A stretch of 64,000 bases of DNA from Tetramitus jugosus. Its lineage: Eukaryota; Protista; Heterolobosea. The stretch covers positions 1 through 64,000 of the forward strand of contig OW569389.1 of NCBI GenBank assembly GCA_937625935.1. The letters run 5' to 3'. Shown piece after piece: positions 63,053-64,000 of this stretch. Numbering within the stretch: the stretch's first letter is position 1; every line of letters begins with the position of its first letter. The notes beneath the pieces are model-generated. The model was given only the letters and a program-made list of their open reading frames with translations, was not told where the DNA came from and ran no database searches. Position numbers and translations under genes: made by a program.

Positions 63053-63963
63053 TCAATTTGACCTTGTTTGACAATGATCAATGAACTTCCTTACGAAGAA
63101 AGAGTGAAACCTTCTAACATTCTGTTGTGTCTTGCAAAAACTTTGGATTATGAGTGCTAAACTGATTGTTGCAATGTTGTTCGTCAGGCTGAAGCTGCGA
63201 TTCTGTTGTATGGCAGTATCGTGTTCTTCCAGTATACCTGATATCCCTTGCCCAAGCAAATAAATTCATCATCATCGAGGTTATCTCCAATTCAATTTTC
63301 AGGAAAAGACATCGATTGACTATCAGTTTTGTTTCCAGTATAGCTAGGCGACAAGTTGTATAAAAATCCATTGGAACTGCAGAAAGCAAGTTTTGTAAAA
63401 GTATGACTACATTTCTTACCTGAAAATGTTCAATTAGTTTGACAGAACATTTCCTCACACGCTGTTCAACTCCATCGCCAATGATATTAATTTGAATTCC
63501 TCTCCAATGTACTCCATGCGAGTCTCTAACATCACGCTTGAGAATGAATATGAATTGCTTCATCACCGACAAGTGAAGAATAGTTGTATCGATATATTTG
63601 TGATGCATCTACTCCAGTAATCCAAGACACTGTCTGATCCAAATCATGAACATCAACCTGCTGTAGTTGTGAATCTTCGATTCGTCGCCTTTCGTTGCTT
63701 CAGTTTGGATATATCAGGGTTCTTCACACTCACTCTCCAAAAAATTCTCAACCAAACTGAACAAGTATTAAAATTGGATCGATTTCACACCAATAAGAGT
63801 TTGCGATCGCATATTGTCTTCTAACGAAGTATCCATAAAACCAACGAAGTATCCATAAAACCAATAGAGTAAAATCAATTGCTTGTGTTTTTGCATTGTG
63901 AAAACGAACACCTGTGTGGATTGTCACAATGCCAATTCTTAGGATCCTCAATGAGCTTAACAA
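63053..63963 (-). pseudogene. Possible degraded coding sequence
   Basis: Overlapping short minus-strand ORFs with coding-like stretches that switch frame. No family recognised. Confidence 0.25.
63823..63864. repeat. Perfect 20-bp tandem duplication
   Basis: AACGAAGTATCCATAAAACC at 63823-63842 and 63843-63862, plus AA. Confidence 0.95.
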
Positions 63964-64000
63964 TGGTTGACCGACTGAAATGCATGACGCGGCAGAAGTT

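Noticed and set aside
1-64000. Ciliate origin or alternative genetic code suggested by TTTGGG and broken ORFs
   Set aside because: Long conserved genes translate openly in the standard code and end in TAA, TAG and TGA. Subtelomeric breaks include frameshifts, not only stops.

Overview
This is the left end of a chromosome from a gene-dense, intron-poor microbial eukaryote using the standard genetic code. The gene repertoire (RGS-cyclase fusion, RCC1/EGF receptor TKL kinases, Zn2Cys6 factor, GTATGT/CTAAC short introns) looks heterolobosean (Naegleria/Acrasis-like); that taxon call is inference. The window opens with ~770 bp of (CCCAAA)n telomere, TTTGGG on the G-strand. Next is a ~925-bp terminal segment carrying a 39-40-bp-period array of palindromic 24-mers, closed by a second, internal telomere tract (1697-1720). 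That tract is fused in-frame to the 3' end of a frameshifted RAG1/Transib-like DDE transposase with all catalytic and zinc motifs still legible. About 4-19.5 kb is a patchwork of broken gene fragments (MACPF, cyclase-RGS, PaiB, EGF and others). Only two clearly recognisable genes there are intact: an ependymin-related protein and an intronless 1587-aa A-T-C-A-T NRPS (module 2 has a Gly code, the C-domain is non-canonical, there is no release domain). Just inward lie an ABCB transporter divergently paired with a Zn2Cys6 factor and a secreted DUF1838 protein, a possible fungal-style subtelomeric biosynthetic cluster. From ~25 kb on are ordinary intact genes: 7TM protein, MLO-like protein, importin-7, two paralogous receptor kinases, CC2D2A/MKS6, Pmp-repeat 7TM protein, F-box/SPRY, LRR, EI24, a putative transcription factor and TTC38-like. 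All family calls come from motif recognition by eye, with no database searches.
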